DNA of 64,000 nt from Candidatus Multivorans sp. Lineage in GTDB: Bacteria > Acidobacteriota > Thermoanaerobaculia > Multivoradales > Multivoraceae. The stretch is taken from assembly GCA_965247095.1 (NCBI GenBank), contig OZ251997.1, positions 4,480,001 to 4,544,000 on the forward strand. Reading direction: 5' to 3'. The translations under genes and the position numbers were made by a program. The notes beneath the pieces were generated by a model, which was not told the DNA's origin, ran no database searches, and worked only from the letters and a program-made list of their open reading frames with translations. Within the stretch, counting starts at the first letter, position 1; each line of letters begins with the position of its first letter. Positions 9,304 through 18,842 of this stretch are shown here, piece by piece.

Positions 9304-10241
9304 GCCATGGCCGCCAGTTCTTCTTCGTAGTTGGCGAAGGAGTGCTTCAGCGTCGCATGGTTCAAGATCATCTCGGCTATGGGTTCCTTCGACTCCGCGT
9401 CGAGGAAGGTGGTCCTGACCCAGTACGACTCGGTGCGCCGGCTCTCGCTCAGGGCGACGATCTGACGCTCAAGCAGGTAGTCGTGGTCCACGAACAGGGG
9501 CCCGCGGATCATCCGGATCTGCTGGCCCGCGAACAGGCCCAGGGCCGGTCCGCGGATGCGGAAGCCGGCCTTGCGGTTCGAGTAGCCGCCGAGCACGCTG
9601 ATCATCTCCAGCGGGATGACCGCGCGGCCCCAGGGCGATGAGCCGCCCTCCTTCTCGGTGTACCAGGGCGACGGCGCCGTGATCGCGTCGAGTTTCTGAT
9701 TCAGGCTGAAGGGATAGAGGCTGCCCATGTGCTGGTCGAAGTCCATCCTCACCTCTTCGAGGCCCCTGCCCTTCATCCCGACCTTGAGATCGCGCATGAT
9801 GACGAGGGGCCCGGGTGGCCGCAGACGGGCGATCCGGGTAGCGATCTCGGACGACTCGACGTCACCGCGGATCGAGGCGGTGCCGATCAACACCTCGGTG
9901 CCGTCGGCCTTCTCGGCGCGGATACGGACCTGGGTCTGGCCATTGGCCGGGCGCTCGACGAGGGCGCGCACCTGCTCGCCCTCGACCACCATGTTCCGGT
10001 AGTGGGCGCTCAGGCAGCCGGTCTCGAACCACTCCTGCCCCCACAGGTCGTGGAGCAGGGGCACGAATTGGCTGAAGTGGGTCGGACCCTCGATCGGGCC
10101 GCCGGCCTGGAACCCCATCTTTTCCGCCATCGAGTCGTCGTGGATGGACACGTGCCCGCCGTACTCCTGCTCGGCGAGCATCTGCTTCGGGGACCGTAGC
10201 GGTCCACGGATGTAGGTCGGCGTGTCGAAAGCCTCGGCCAT
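9300..10241 (-). CDS. Putative double hotdog-fold (MaoC-like) protein
   Basis: 313 aa; SIHDDSMAEKMGF..GGPIEGPTH resembles the MaoC hydratase motif. Overlaps and is coupled to the CoA ligase. Confidence 0.55.
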   Translation of the reverse strand: MAEAFDTPTYIRGPLRSPKQMLAEQEYGGHVSIHDDSMAEKMGFQAGGPIEGPTHFSQFVPLLHDLWGQEWFETGCLSAHYRNMVVEGEQVRALVERPANGQTQVRIRAEKADGTEVLIGTASIRGDVESSEIATRIARLRPPGPLVIMRDLKVGMKGRGLEEVRMDFDQHMGSLYPFSLNQKLDAITAPSPWYTEKEGGSSPWGRAVIPLEMISVLGGYSNRKAGFRIRGPALGLFAGQQIRMIRGPLFVDHDYLLERQIVALSESRRTESYWVRTTFLDAESKEPIAEMILNHATLKHSFANYEEELAAMA

Positions 10242-10338
10242 TCGGGTCTCCTGGTCGGGAAGGGGCCAAGTCTAGGAGTTTGCGCCGCAGGTGCAAACTC
10301 TTCCCCCGGCCTTCCGGCACGTCGTGAGATGATGAGGC

Positions 10339-11211
10339 GTGGTCAAGATACCCGGCGAGGATGTCGTCATCCGGAGCGTCGAGTCGGCGCTGGAGGGCAG
10401 GCCGGCGGCGGTCGAGAGCTGTCCGAACTGCGGCTCGGAGCGCGTGGACAACTACTGCGCCGACTGCGGCCAGCGCGCCGGCGATCTGCATGCGACGGTC
10501 GGTCAGTTCGTCCGCGACGCGTTGGACGGCCTGCTCTCGTTCGACTCCCGCGTCTGGCGCACGCTGATCGCTCTGGTTCTGCGTCCGGGCTTTCTGACCG
10601 TCGAACACTGGCGGGGTCGGCGCGCCCGCTACGTCGCGCCGCTGCGGTTGTACCTGTTCGTGAGTTTCTTCACCTTCCTTCTGCTCGCGCTCCTCGCTCG
10701 GGGCAACGTCGTCGACACGACGGGGACGAACCCGGACGCCACCATTCAAATCGGATCTTCGGAGTCGGACGACGGGGACGAAGAAGCCGGGTGGTTCATC
10801 GATCGCGTGTTGCGGCCGATCGTCGAGGACTCGGAGGGCTTCGAGGCGCTCTTCGTACGGCGACTCCCCTGGATGTTCTTTGTCCTCGTGCCGCTGTTCG
10901 CCATGTTCCTCCGACTGCTGTACCGCCGCCGAGAGCGCTTCTACGTGCCGCACCTCGTCTTCGCACTTCACTTTCACGGCGCGGCGTTCCTGCTGACTAG
11001 CGCAGGAAGAGCAGGGACTCTCCTCTGGGAACCGCTGTCCGGCTTCGCCTTCCTCGCCGTCCTCGTCGCGCTCTTCCTTTCGCTTCGACGGGCGTACGAA
11101 GAAGGATGGTTCAGGACCATCGTCAAGGAGGTCTGCCTTCTCTTCGTTCACGGGTTCAGCATCGTGATCGCCATGGCGGTCCTGATGATCGTCACCAGCT
11201 TGATGCTGTAG
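10339..11211 (+). CDS. DUF3667-type membrane protein
   Basis: CPNCG..NYCADCGQ zinc ribbon; RPGFLT..GRRARYVAPLRLYLF; multiple TMs. Confidence 0.85.
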   Translation: MVKIPGEDVVIRSVESALEGRPAAVESCPNCGSERVDNYCADCGQRAGDLHATVGQFVRDALDGLLSFDSRVWRTLIALVLRPGFLTVEHWRGRRARYVAPLRLYLFVSFFTFLLLALLARGNVVDTTGTNPDATIQIGSSESDDGDEEAGWFIDRVLRPIVEDSEGFEALFVRRLPWMFFVLVPLFAMFLRLLYRRRERFYVPHLVFALHFHGAAFLLTSAGRAGTLLWEPLSGFAFLAVLVALFLSLRRAYEEGWFRTIVKEVCLLFVHGFSIVIAMAVLMIVTSLML

Positions 11212-11236
11212 AGGTTTGGCGCCCCGCCGGCCGCGG

Positions 11237-11821
11237 TCAGGGGCTGGTTGCCAGCGTCAAGCCTGACGCGATCGCGCTGCGAACGGCGGCGCCGGCTCTC
11301 TTGCCGGACACGGCGTCCAGGGCGCCGAAGTCGATGTCGCGCCGACGCTGGAGATACTCGACCCAGTAAGGGTAGCCGCAGGGTTCGGAACGAAGGAGCC
11401 GGCCGCGCTCGCGCGGCCGCTTTCCGCGGGCGGCCATGAGCAGGACGCGATCGACGAAGTCGGCGGCCTGTTCTTCGGCTTCGGCGGTTCCGAGGATTGG
11501 CGGCAGGGGCTCGGATCCCCCCGCGACCATGAGGCTTTCGAGTCGGATGTGCGCGGCCTGACCGCTGAGGCGGCAGACGAGCACGGCGAGTTGTTCGCCT
11601 GGTGGCATTCCGCTGCCGGCCGGGTATGGAGTCTCAGCCGTCTTCAGGGTCCGGTAGACGACGAGCCAGTGGGGAAGGTAGAGGAGTTCCAGGCCCAAGG
11701 ACCGGCCGCGCCGGCTTCTTCGCAACCGGCCGCCGGCCAGGCGCCGGCGGGCTTCGTCTTCGGAGATCGTCGGCGAGATCGTGTGGACTGGCTCGGCGGT
11801 TGCGCGAGGTGCATCCGGCAC
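11237..11821 (-). CDS. Hypothetical protein
   Basis: 194 aa with internal-repeat-like LYLPHW..CRLSG / YPYWV..DAVSG; follows the small membrane gene. Confidence 0.6.
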   Translation of the reverse strand: MPDAPRATAEPVHTISPTISEDEARRRLAGGRLRRSRRGRSLGLELLYLPHWLVVYRTLKTAETPYPAGSGMPPGEQLAVLVCRLSGQAAHIRLESLMVAGGSEPLPPILGTAEAEEQAADFVDRVLLMAARGKRPRERGRLLRSEPCGYPYWVEYLQRRRDIDFGALDAVSGKRAGAAVRSAIASGLTLATSP

Positions 11822-11838
11822 CGGCTGTGGCGACTCGG

Positions 11839-12054
11839 TCAGCGTTTCCGACCCCCCTTCGATCCGCTGTGGTTGCCGTAGATCATCAGCACCGCGGCGG
11901 CCAGGAGCAGCGCCGCTCCGGCGGCCGTACCGAGAGCCAGGTCGATCGATTCGGCCGCGGCGAAGCCCCCGGCCAGCACCGGAATCGCCAGCACGGCCAG
12001 GAACACGCCGAGGATGCGGGCCGTCGAGCGGTCGCGGTTGTCGTTGGCGGCCAT
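11839..12054 (-). CDS. Small 2-TM membrane protein
   Basis: MAANDNRDRSTARILGVFLAVLAIPVLAGG..AALLLAAAVLMIYG; the hydrophobic C-terminal part of ORF 11839..12963. Confidence 0.6.
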   Translation of the reverse strand: MAANDNRDRSTARILGVFLAVLAIPVLAGGFAAAESIDLALGTAAGAALLLAAAVLMIYGNHSGSKGGRKR

Positions 12055-12071
12055 GGCTGTGAGGCTGGTAG

Positions 12072-13148
12072 CTACCGGCGCCGGAGCAGTCGCAGGAACT
12101 CTGCCGCGTTCGCGCACGTCTGCGCGGCGCGAATCAACTCGGCCACGGAACCATCCGTGAGTTCCGCCAACTGCACTGCCAATGCCGGCGTGGTCGGGAT
12201 GCCGCGCGCCTCGAGGATGCCGTGTACGGCGCGCAGCACGTCGGCGTGGCCCTCGGCGCGGCCCTCGGCGCGACCCTCGACGCGGCCCTCGGCGCGGCCC
12301 TCGGCGCGACCCTCGACGCGGCCCTCGGCGCGACCCTCGACGCGGCCCTCGGCGCGGCCCTCGACGCGACTCTCGTCGCGCTCGGTGCGCAGCCACACAT
12401 CGTCGTCCGGGCCGGTTCCTTCCGCGGCGCCCAAGGCACGCCCCACCCGGTGCAGCACCGCCATGGTCTCGGGAGATGTCACGGGTTCGTTCAGCGCCGT
12501 ATGGATCTCCTCCGCCGTCCAGCCCGGGAAGGCTCGGCTGCTCGGCGCCGTCCGGAAGCGGCCAGCCTCGAGAACGTGGATCGTCAGTCCTGAGCGACGG
12601 GACTTCGGGCGGCTCCGCGAGGGCGCGTCCGGCACGTCGACCCAGACTTCGGGAAACCCCCAGGCCTCGTAGAGCGCCAGCTTGCGCACCCGGACGTCGG
12701 TCGAGTAGTCCACCTCCAGCACCACGTCCGGCATGACGTCTCCATCCACGTTGACCGACGGGTTCAGTTCGGCAGCGGGCGGGTGGAGGTACAGGATCTG
12801 GTCCGCCTGCATCAGCACCTTTCGCTCGCCGCAAGTGTCGAACCGCACCAGGTCGGTCGTCCCCTCCATCTCGATCAGTGTCCCCCTGGAGGCTGCTATC
12901 CGGCCAGCCAGCCAGCCGAGCCGGTGCGACGGTCGTTCGTGGTAGCGGGTAGTCGGCTCGCACACCACCATGGCGGTCTCCGTGTGTGCCTCCCAGTACT
13001 CGAGACGGCCGTCGTAGTCCTCGATCTCCTCGCGTGGGATGTGGACCGCCTGGCAGCCGGGGAAGTCGGCCGGATCGATTGCTGCCGCTTCCGGATCCCG
13101 CGGTTCTTGCGGGAGCTTCGGCACAGCGGCGCGGACGGGCTCGGCCAT
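12072..13148 (-). CDS. Uma2/DUF820-like PD-(D/E)XK endonuclease with xEGR repeat tail (copy 1)
   Basis: GRLEYW, ADQILY, PDVVLEVDYSTDV..KLALYEAWGFPEVWV, SRAFPGWTAEEIH. Confidence 0.85.
   Translation of the reverse strand: MAEPVRAAVPKLPQEPRDPEAAAIDPADFPGCQAVHIPREEIEDYDGRLEYWEAHTETAMVVCEPTTRYHERPSHRLGWLAGRIAASRGTLIEMEGTTDLVRFDTCGERKVLMQADQILYLHPPAAELNPSVNVDGDVMPDVVLEVDYSTDVRVRKLALYEAWGFPEVWVDVPDAPSRSRPKSRRSGLTIHVLEAGRFRTAPSSRAFPGWTAEEIHTALNEPVTSPETMAVLHRVGRALGAAEGTGPDDDVWLRTERDESRVEGRAEGRVEGRAEGRVEGRAEGRAEGRVEGRAEGRAEGHADVLRAVHGILEARGIPTTPALAVQLAELTDGSVAELIRAAQTCANAAEFLRLLRRR
12246..12365 (-). repeat. 10 x 12-bp coding tandem repeat ([V/A]EG[R/H])
   Basis: Plus-strand units of the type GCGGCCCTCGGC / GCGACCCTCGAC, translating as VEGRAEGRVEGRAEGRVEGRAEGRAEGRVEGRAEGRAEGH. 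Confidence 0.95.
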
Positions 13149-13186
13149 GGGACGGATCCTAACGCGCTACCGGTCCGTGTGTCCCG

Positions 13187-13426
13187 CTACGCCAGCAGCA
13201 GGTAGATCATCAGGTACGGGACGATGAACAGCGCCGCCCAGACCCGCAGGTCGCGCCACTTGGCGCGGTCGGGCGCGCCGCGCAGCACCCAGTCGCGGCT
13301 GAGCCGCCAGACGGCGGCCGCCGGCAGGATGAGCAGCAACGCCACGGCGACGCGGGCGCTCCAGAGCGGCAACGCGCCGAGGGCGGCGTCGATGGGCCCG
13401 AGGACGAACTCGAGGATTGCTCTCAT
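13187..13426 (-). CDS. Small membrane protein coupled to SSS transporter
   Basis: 79 aa, two TMs, WRDLRVWA motif; ATGA overlap with the symporter stop. Confidence 0.75.
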   Translation of the reverse strand: MRAILEFVLGPIDAALGALPLWSARVAVALLLILPAAAVWRLSRDWVLRGAPDRAKWRDLRVWAALFIVPYLMIYLLLA

Positions 13427-15006
13427 GGCGTCTCGCCTTCTCCCTGCAGCCGCGCGACCCGGCTCCGCAGCGCGGCTTGCACGGCTTCATCGTTGCGCAC
13501 TTCGCCCCAGACCAGGCCCCGGAGACGCTCCGGCGGTTCGGGGGGCGTCAACCGGCTGACGATCCAGGTCACGGCGAGTGTGAACACGAAGGACCACCAG
13601 GCGACGAACAGGAACGGCTCTTCGGACGGGAACAGTCCGTCCATCGACGGAGAGTTGAGCAGCAGGCACAGGCCGACGCCCGCGGCGAGGCCCGCGGCGC
13701 CGCCGTAGCGGTTCGCCCCGCGCCACAGGATGCCGAGCAGCAGCACCGCCAGGGTCGGCCCCTGAATCAGGGAGAAGACGGTCTGGATCGCGTTGTAGAT
13801 GTTGCTGAAGCGCTGCTCGATCTCAGGGGCGATGAAGGCAGCCGCGAGCAGCAGCACCGCGGACAGGATGCGGCCGAAGCGGAGTTCCGCGGCGGTTCCG
13901 AGCTCGGCCCGGGCCCAACGCCGGCGCAGCCGGCCGAGCAGGTCGCGGCTCCAGAGCGTGGCCGCCGAGTTGAGGTTCGAGTCGACGCTCGACATGAGGG
14001 CGGCCAGGAAGGCCGCGAACATCAGGCCGCGCAGGCCGGGCGGCAGCAACTGGGCGATCAGGGTCGGCACCGCTTCGTCGGCGTTGGCCAGATCGGGGAC
14101 GATCAGGATCGCGGCTAGCCCCGGCAGGGCGACGAGCAGTGGAATGAACAGCTTCAGGAAGCCGGCCAGCAGCACGCCGGCCTTCGCGTCCCACTCGCTG
14201 CGCGCCCCGAGCGCCCGCTGCACGATCGTCTGGTTGCCGGTGTAGTAGGCGATGGAGAGGACGATGCCGAGGCCCAGGACGATGCCCGTCCAGGGGAACG
14301 GAGTCGCCGTGTCGTGGGGCAGGTAGAGCGAGAAGTGGTCGGCGTACTGCGGTCCCTGATTCAGGACGCCCTCGCGCAGCGCGGCCAGACCGCCGACTTC
14401 GTAGAGCGCCCGGGCGACTAGGGCGGCGCCGCCCACGAACATGATGATGAGCTGCAGCACGTCGGTCATCACGACCGCGGCCAGACCGCCGCTGATCGTG
14501 TAGATGCCGACGATGCCGGTGGTGATCCAGATCGAGAGTTGTGGGTCCCAGCCGAGTACGGTGCGCATGAGCAGCGCCGTGGCGTGGATCATGATGCCCA
14601 GGTTGAGCACCAGGATCACGCCCCAGGCCAGGGCGAGGAAGGTGCGCACGCCGTCGCCGTATCGTCGCCCCAGGAACTCCGGCACCGTGTAGACGCCGCT
14701 TCGCCAGTACAACGGCACGATCAGGAAGGCGGCGATCAGCAGCGCCGGCATCGAACCCAGCCAGTCGAAGTTCGCCTGCGCCAGTCCGTAGCGATAGGTG
14801 CCGCCGGCGACGGCGATGAAGTCCGTGGCGCCGATGTCGCTGACCACGATCGACATGCCGATCGCCCAGAACGGCAGGGCGCGGCCGGCGAGCAGGAAGT
14901 CGCCGCTGGTCTTCACGTAGCGGCTGAAGGTGGTGCCGATGACCAGCACCCCCGCCAGGTAGACGAGGACGATCGCGGTATCGAGCCCGGACAGGCCCCA
15001 GGTCAT
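13423..15006 (-). CDS. Sodium:solute symporter (SSS)
   Basis: FLLAGRALP, GGLAAVVMTDVLQ, NQTIVQRALGA, AALMSSVDSNLNS. Confidence 0.95.
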   Translation of the reverse strand: MTWGLSGLDTAIVLVYLAGVLVIGTTFSRYVKTSGDFLLAGRALPFWAIGMSIVVSDIGATDFIAVAGGTYRYGLAQANFDWLGSMPALLIAAFLIVPLYWRSGVYTVPEFLGRRYGDGVRTFLALAWGVILVLNLGIMIHATALLMRTVLGWDPQLSIWITTGIVGIYTISGGLAAVVMTDVLQLIIMFVGGAALVARALYEVGGLAALREGVLNQGPQYADHFSLYLPHDTATPFPWTGIVLGLGIVLSIAYYTGNQTIVQRALGARSEWDAKAGVLLAGFLKLFIPLLVALPGLAAILIVPDLANADEAVPTLIAQLLPPGLRGLMFAAFLAALMSSVDSNLNSAATLWSRDLLGRLRRRWARAELGTAAELRFGRILSAVLLLAAAFIAPEIEQRFSNIYNAIQTVFSLIQGPTLAVLLLGILWRGANRYGGAAGLAAGVGLCLLLNSPSMDGLFPSEEPFLFVAWWSFVFTLAVTWIVSRLTPPEPPERLRGLVWGEVRNDEAVQAALRSRVARLQGEGETP

Positions 15007-15884
15007 CCGGCTTCTCGGGCGGTCAGGGAGCGGCCGAGGGCGGTCTCGGTGCGCAGATAGCGCAGGCTGGCGGCGGCATCCTGCGCCGGTGAGCCTTCCG
15101 CCTCCGCGGTCTCGTCCTGTTCGACGACGAACAGGCGCACTCCGGCTTCGAGCGCCGCCTCGACGCAGCCGGTCACGTCGACGTCGCCGGCGCCGAGGGG
15201 CCGGAACCAGCGTTCGGCGGTGGCGCGCTCCGGGCCGCGTTCGGCCGGCGCGCCGGGCAGCAGTCCGTCCTTGAGGTGCAGAATGTGGATTCGGTCGCCC
15301 AGTTCGCGGATCAGGGCGGCCGGGTCGTGGCCCGCGAAGGCCGCCCAGTAGATGTCGAGCTCCATGCCCCAGCCGTCGTGCGAGCGGCAGGAGGCGAGCG
15401 CCCGCAGGCCGTCCACGCCGAGGCGCTTCGGTTCGCCGTCGTCGAACGGCAGCAGCTCGAACTCGTGGTTGTGGTAACCGAAGCGAAAGCCGCCGGCACG
15501 AAACCGGTAGCTCAGCAGATCGAGCCGCTGGCCGAGTTCCACGTAGTGCGCGCGACCGCCGTCGCCGCGTTGGGCTTCATCGAGCCAGGGGCAGACGAGG
15601 ACCTCGCAGTCGAGCTCGCGGAAGGTCTGCATCACATCGGCCGGGTCCGCTTCCAGGTCGGCCAGGGGCACGTGGGCCGCCGCCAGGGAGAGGCCCCGTT
15701 CGGCGAGGAGCTGCCGCAGTTCGGTGGTCGTACGGTTCCAGAGGCCGCCGAACCACTCGATCTCGCGGTAGCCGGCTTCGGCGGCCTGGTCCAGGGCGGT
15801 TTCGAGGTTCTCCTGGGCCTGCCGGCGCAGCGTGTAGAGCTGGAGCGCCACGCGCGGGGAGTCGGCGGCCTCGCCGGTCGTCAC
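15003..15884 (-). CDS. Sugar phosphate isomerase/epimerase (xylose-isomerase-like TIM barrel, IolE-like)
   Basis: GTG 15884 (GTGA overlap): ALQLYTLR, YHNHEFE, ELDIYW, LHLKD, VEQD. Confidence 0.88.
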   Translation of the reverse strand: MTTGEAADSPRVALQLYTLRRQAQENLETALDQAAEAGYREIEWFGGLWNRTTTELRQLLAERGLSLAAAHVPLADLEADPADVMQTFRELDCEVLVCPWLDEAQRGDGGRAHYVELGQRLDLLSYRFRAGGFRFGYHNHEFELLPFDDGEPKRLGVDGLRALASCRSHDGWGMELDIYWAAFAGHDPAALIRELGDRIHILHLKDGLLPGAPAERGPERATAERWFRPLGAGDVDVTGCVEAALEAGVRLFVVEQDETAEAEGSPAQDAAASLRYLRTETALGRSLTAREAG

Positions 15885-18067
15885 TCCGCGGCCTCCGTGC
15901 CCGCTTCGCCGGCCGTCTCTTCGATCAGGCCGTGGTAGAGGCCGAGGTAGTAGGGCAGCAGGAAGCTCGCGCCGTCGGCCAGGTAGCGGCCCTGGCCGCC
16001 GTGATCGAGTAGCCACGGGTCGTGGTTCCAGTGGTTCACATAGCGTTCGTCGATCGGCAGCACACGACCGTCGATCAGGTGGCCCCGCGGACCGCGGCGT
16101 TCCTCCTGGGCGCGCAGCAGGACGATGTCCTGGCGGTGGCTGTTCGTGAGCGCCCAGTCGAAGCGGTCGAGGGGGTAGAGGACCAGACTCTCCACGGCGT
16201 CGTGGAGGGGGAAGTCGCCGCGGCTGTAGGTTTCGTCGTCGAAGGCGTCGCGGTAGCTGGCGCCGTCGATTGCGGCGGCGTGGATGAAGTCGAACAGGGG
16301 ATTCCGCTCGGGCTGGAGGAGCTTCCAGTACTGGCGCAGCGAGTGGGCAACGACGCTCCGCAGCGCCTCGTCCCGCTCGTACTTCAGCAGGTGGTAGTAG
16401 TTCATGAACGCCATCTCGTCGTCGGACTGGTTGCCGGTGCCGGGGCCGCTCTGGACCTTCGGGTTGCGCAGGTTGGCGGCGTAGGCGTGGTCGTCGAGGA
16501 GAGTGCGGGCGGCTTCGGCGTAGCGCTGGCCGCGACGGGCGTCGTCGGCGGAACCGGAGTAGCTCATGTGCTCGGCGATCCGCAGGTAGGTCAGGTAGGA
16601 GAGCGAGTTGAGGCCCCGCTCCTCCCACCACTCCCGGTCGTCGTTCAGTTGCTCCGGGCCGAACACCGCCCAGCGGGTTGGTTTGCCGTCGTGGTCGACG
16701 AGCGCGCCGCCGTGGTCGACCAGGTGGTCGACGATCGCCAGCACGGTTTCGCGTACCTCGGCGCGTTCGGCGTCGCCTCGCGCGACCAGGTCGTAGTAGA
16801 GGCCGTAGAAGAAGAAGTGGCCGTCCAGTTCGTCGGAGCTCGTGTCGCTTTTCCAGTACCACTTGCCGTCGGCATTCGTGGGCCAGCGCGGGTCGATGAT
16901 CTTCCAGAGTCCGTCTCGTTCCTCGCGCAGTTGGCGGTCGCGTTCCGCCTGGCCGGCGTTCGGGTCCGGGCCGTCGGCCGGCAGGATGGAGCGGGCGACG
17001 AAGCCGGGCAGCGCCGGCGGCGTGCCGCCCTGGGTCACGAGCTGCAGGAAGCGGAGCGCTTCAAAGGCCTGACGCGCCCGCTTGCGAGCCTCGGGATCAC
17101 CGGTGACCGCCCAGCGCAAGCACTCCGCGGCGCCGTACATCGCGGTCCACAGGCCGTCGTTGTCGCTGTCGTGTTGGGTGAACGCCGATGTCTCGCCCGC
17201 CCGCTCGAGCGCCACGCCGCCGACGTAGCCGTAGGGAGTGCGACGGTGGAAACGGTCGATCTGCCGGTCGAAGTGGTCCGCCTTCTGCCGCAGGGTCGTC
17301 GGCCGCAGGTGGATCGCGCCAGGTCCGGCGGCGGTCTCGACCCGGACCGCGCCGTCCGGCTCGACCTCGACCGCCAGCACATGGTCGTGCGGGAGCCAGC
17401 GCCGCCCCTGCCGGTACTGCCAGCGGGGCTTGGCGCGGCGCGCCGCCCTCGGGCCGCCGTTCGACTCTGCTCCTGGGAACGCGGGCGTCTCGCCCGCATC
17501 CGGGGATGCGGCGGTCTCTTCGTTCAACCCGGGCATCAAGTGAACCAGGCCGCGCGTCGTTCCGGCCCAGATCGAGCCGTCCGGCGCCGCGGCGAGGCTG
17601 GTGAAGTCGTTCCAGGGCAGACCGTCGGTGCGGTCGTAGAGCCGCCAGGTACCGGTGAAGAGGTCGAGCGCGCCCATGCCCTGGGGTGAGGCGAACCACA
17701 GCCTGCCGTCGTAGTCGAACGTCACCGCCCGGACATCGACGGGCGCCCAACTCCGGTCGCCTTCGTGGGGAAACAGACGTCGCCAGGCGGTCTCGGCGCC
17801 GGATCGCAGGTAGAGGCCGTCGGACGAGGCGGCGGCGATGCTGAGGGTGGCGGCATCCGTGGCGACTCCACGGAATTCGCCGGGGGCGTCGGCGGTGCTG
17901 GTGGGGGAGGGCGCGGGCGCCGCTGGTGACGCGTCGGTTTCGTTGGGCGGGGCGTACTCGGCGACCTGCTGCAGGAACGGTCCGATGCGGACCGGCAGTT
18001 CGGTCTGGGCCGGCGCGGCGAGCGGCAGGAGCAAGAGCCCCAGCAGTGTCAGGATGCGCTGGTTCAC
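15881..18067 (-). CDS. Secreted protein: beta-propeller repeats plus probable helical-barrel domain (putative glycan-active enzyme)
   Basis: GTG 18067 with TAGGCT 7 nt upstream; signal peptide ..LAAPA; propeller repeats (DGRLWFAS, DGLP..DGSIWAGT); acidic motifs SDNDGLWT, DTSSDELDGH, SDDEM. Confidence 0.7.
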   Translation of the reverse strand: MNQRILTLLGLLLLPLAAPAQTELPVRIGPFLQQVAEYAPPNETDASPAAPAPSPTSTADAPGEFRGVATDAATLSIAAASSDGLYLRSGAETAWRRLFPHEGDRSWAPVDVRAVTFDYDGRLWFASPQGMGALDLFTGTWRLYDRTDGLPWNDFTSLAAAPDGSIWAGTTRGLVHLMPGLNEETAASPDAGETPAFPGAESNGGPRAARRAKPRWQYRQGRRWLPHDHVLAVEVEPDGAVRVETAAGPGAIHLRPTTLRQKADHFDRQIDRFHRRTPYGYVGGVALERAGETSAFTQHDSDNDGLWTAMYGAAECLRWAVTGDPEARKRARQAFEALRFLQLVTQGGTPPALPGFVARSILPADGPDPNAGQAERDRQLREERDGLWKIIDPRWPTNADGKWYWKSDTSSDELDGHFFFYGLYYDLVARGDAERAEVRETVLAIVDHLVDHGGALVDHDGKPTRWAVFGPEQLNDDREWWEERGLNSLSYLTYLRIAEHMSYSGSADDARRGQRYAEAARTLLDDHAYAANLRNPKVQSGPGTGNQSDDEMAFMNYYHLLKYERDEALRSVVAHSLRQYWKLLQPERNPLFDFIHAAAIDGASYRDAFDDETYSRGDFPLHDAVESLVLYPLDRFDWALTNSHRQDIVLLRAQEERRGPRGHLIDGRVLPIDERYVNHWNHDPWLLDHGGQGRYLADGASFLLPYYLGLYHGLIEETAGEAGTEAAE
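17472..17500 (+). repeat. REP-like palindromic element inside CDS 15881..18067
   Basis: Same 29-mer; translated on the minus strand as PDAGETPAFPG. Confidence 0.85.
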
Positions 18068-18114
18068 GCGCCGAAGCCTAGCGCCGTGGGTCCGGCAGAC
18101 CGTCGGCCACACCT

Positions 18115-18495
18115 TCAGGCGCGCAGGGTCCGGACCCCGTAGAGCTGCATATGGGTATCGCGAGTCACGAGCGTCAGCCCCTCGGCCTGAGCCTGGGCAA
18201 TCAGGAATCGATCGAACGGGTCCTTGTGATGCATCGGTAGGCGCGCCGCCTGCTCGGCGTGGTGGAAGGCGAGCGGCAGGTGGGTGAAGCCCTTCTCATC
18301 GACCATCGCGGCCAGGTTCTCGGGGGCGTCCATCTGGCCTTTGAGGCGCTTGACCGTGATCTCCCACGCGGTGATGGCGCTGACGAAGATCTCGTTGCGC
18401 GGGTCCTCAATCGCGGCTCGCGACGTGTCGCGCAGTTTCCTGGGGTCGGACAGGCACCACAGGAACGCGTGCGTGTCGAGCAGCAAGCGCTCCAC
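18115..18495 (-). CDS. vapC: VapC PIN toxin
   Basis: LLLDTHAFLW, VSAITAWEI, HHKDPFDRFLIAQA..LVTRD. Confidence 0.93.
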   Translation of the reverse strand: MERLLLDTHAFLWCLSDPRKLRDTSRAAIEDPRNEIFVSAITAWEITVKRLKGQMDAPENLAAMVDEKGFTHLPLAFHHAEQAARLPMHHKDPFDRFLIAQAQAEGLTLVTRDTHMQLYGVRTLRA

Positions 18496-18498
18496 GTG

Positions 18499-18750
18499 TC
18501 AGGTCTCGTCCGGGAAGATTTTCGAGTTCATCATCAGCTCGAAGAGCTCTTCGTCCGGCTCATCGAAGTCCGGTGACATCCAGATCTTCCCTTCCAGTCC
18601 TCCCATCTTTCGTGGCTTCAGCTTCTCCCGGTAGGGCTCAAGCCGCAGGTACGGCTCGCCCGCCTTGGCAATGATGACTTCCTCGCCTTCCCAGGCCAGC
18701 TTGCCCAGGCGCGAGAGCTGTGACTTCGCTTCGTGCATGTTCACCTGCAT
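18499..18750 (-). CDS. Phd/YefM-family antitoxin
   Basis: MQVNMHEAKSQLSRL..GEEVIIAKAG; immediately upstream of vapC. Confidence 0.92.
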   Translation of the reverse strand: MQVNMHEAKSQLSRLGKLAWEGEEVIIAKAGEPYLRLEPYREKLKPRKMGGLEGKIWMSPDFDEPDEELFELMMNSKIFPDET

Positions 18751-18775
18751 CTTTCTCCCCTCCGGAGTCGGCCTA

Positions 18776-18792
18776 GCTAAGTCTGGCTAAGT
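18776..18792. promoter_or_regulatory. Direct repeat GCTAAGT x2 (10-bp period), candidate TA operator
   Basis: GCTAAGT at 18776-18782 and 18786-18792, 25 nt upstream of the antitoxin start. Confidence 0.4.
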
Positions 18793-18842
18793 TCAGCTCT
18801 GGCGTCAAGGAGGCAAGGCGGCCTCATGGCAGAGTCGCCGCC

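Noticed and set aside
12246-12365. Tandem repeat as a CRISPR array
   Set aside because: 12-bp units without spacers, in frame within a CDS, and no cas genes.
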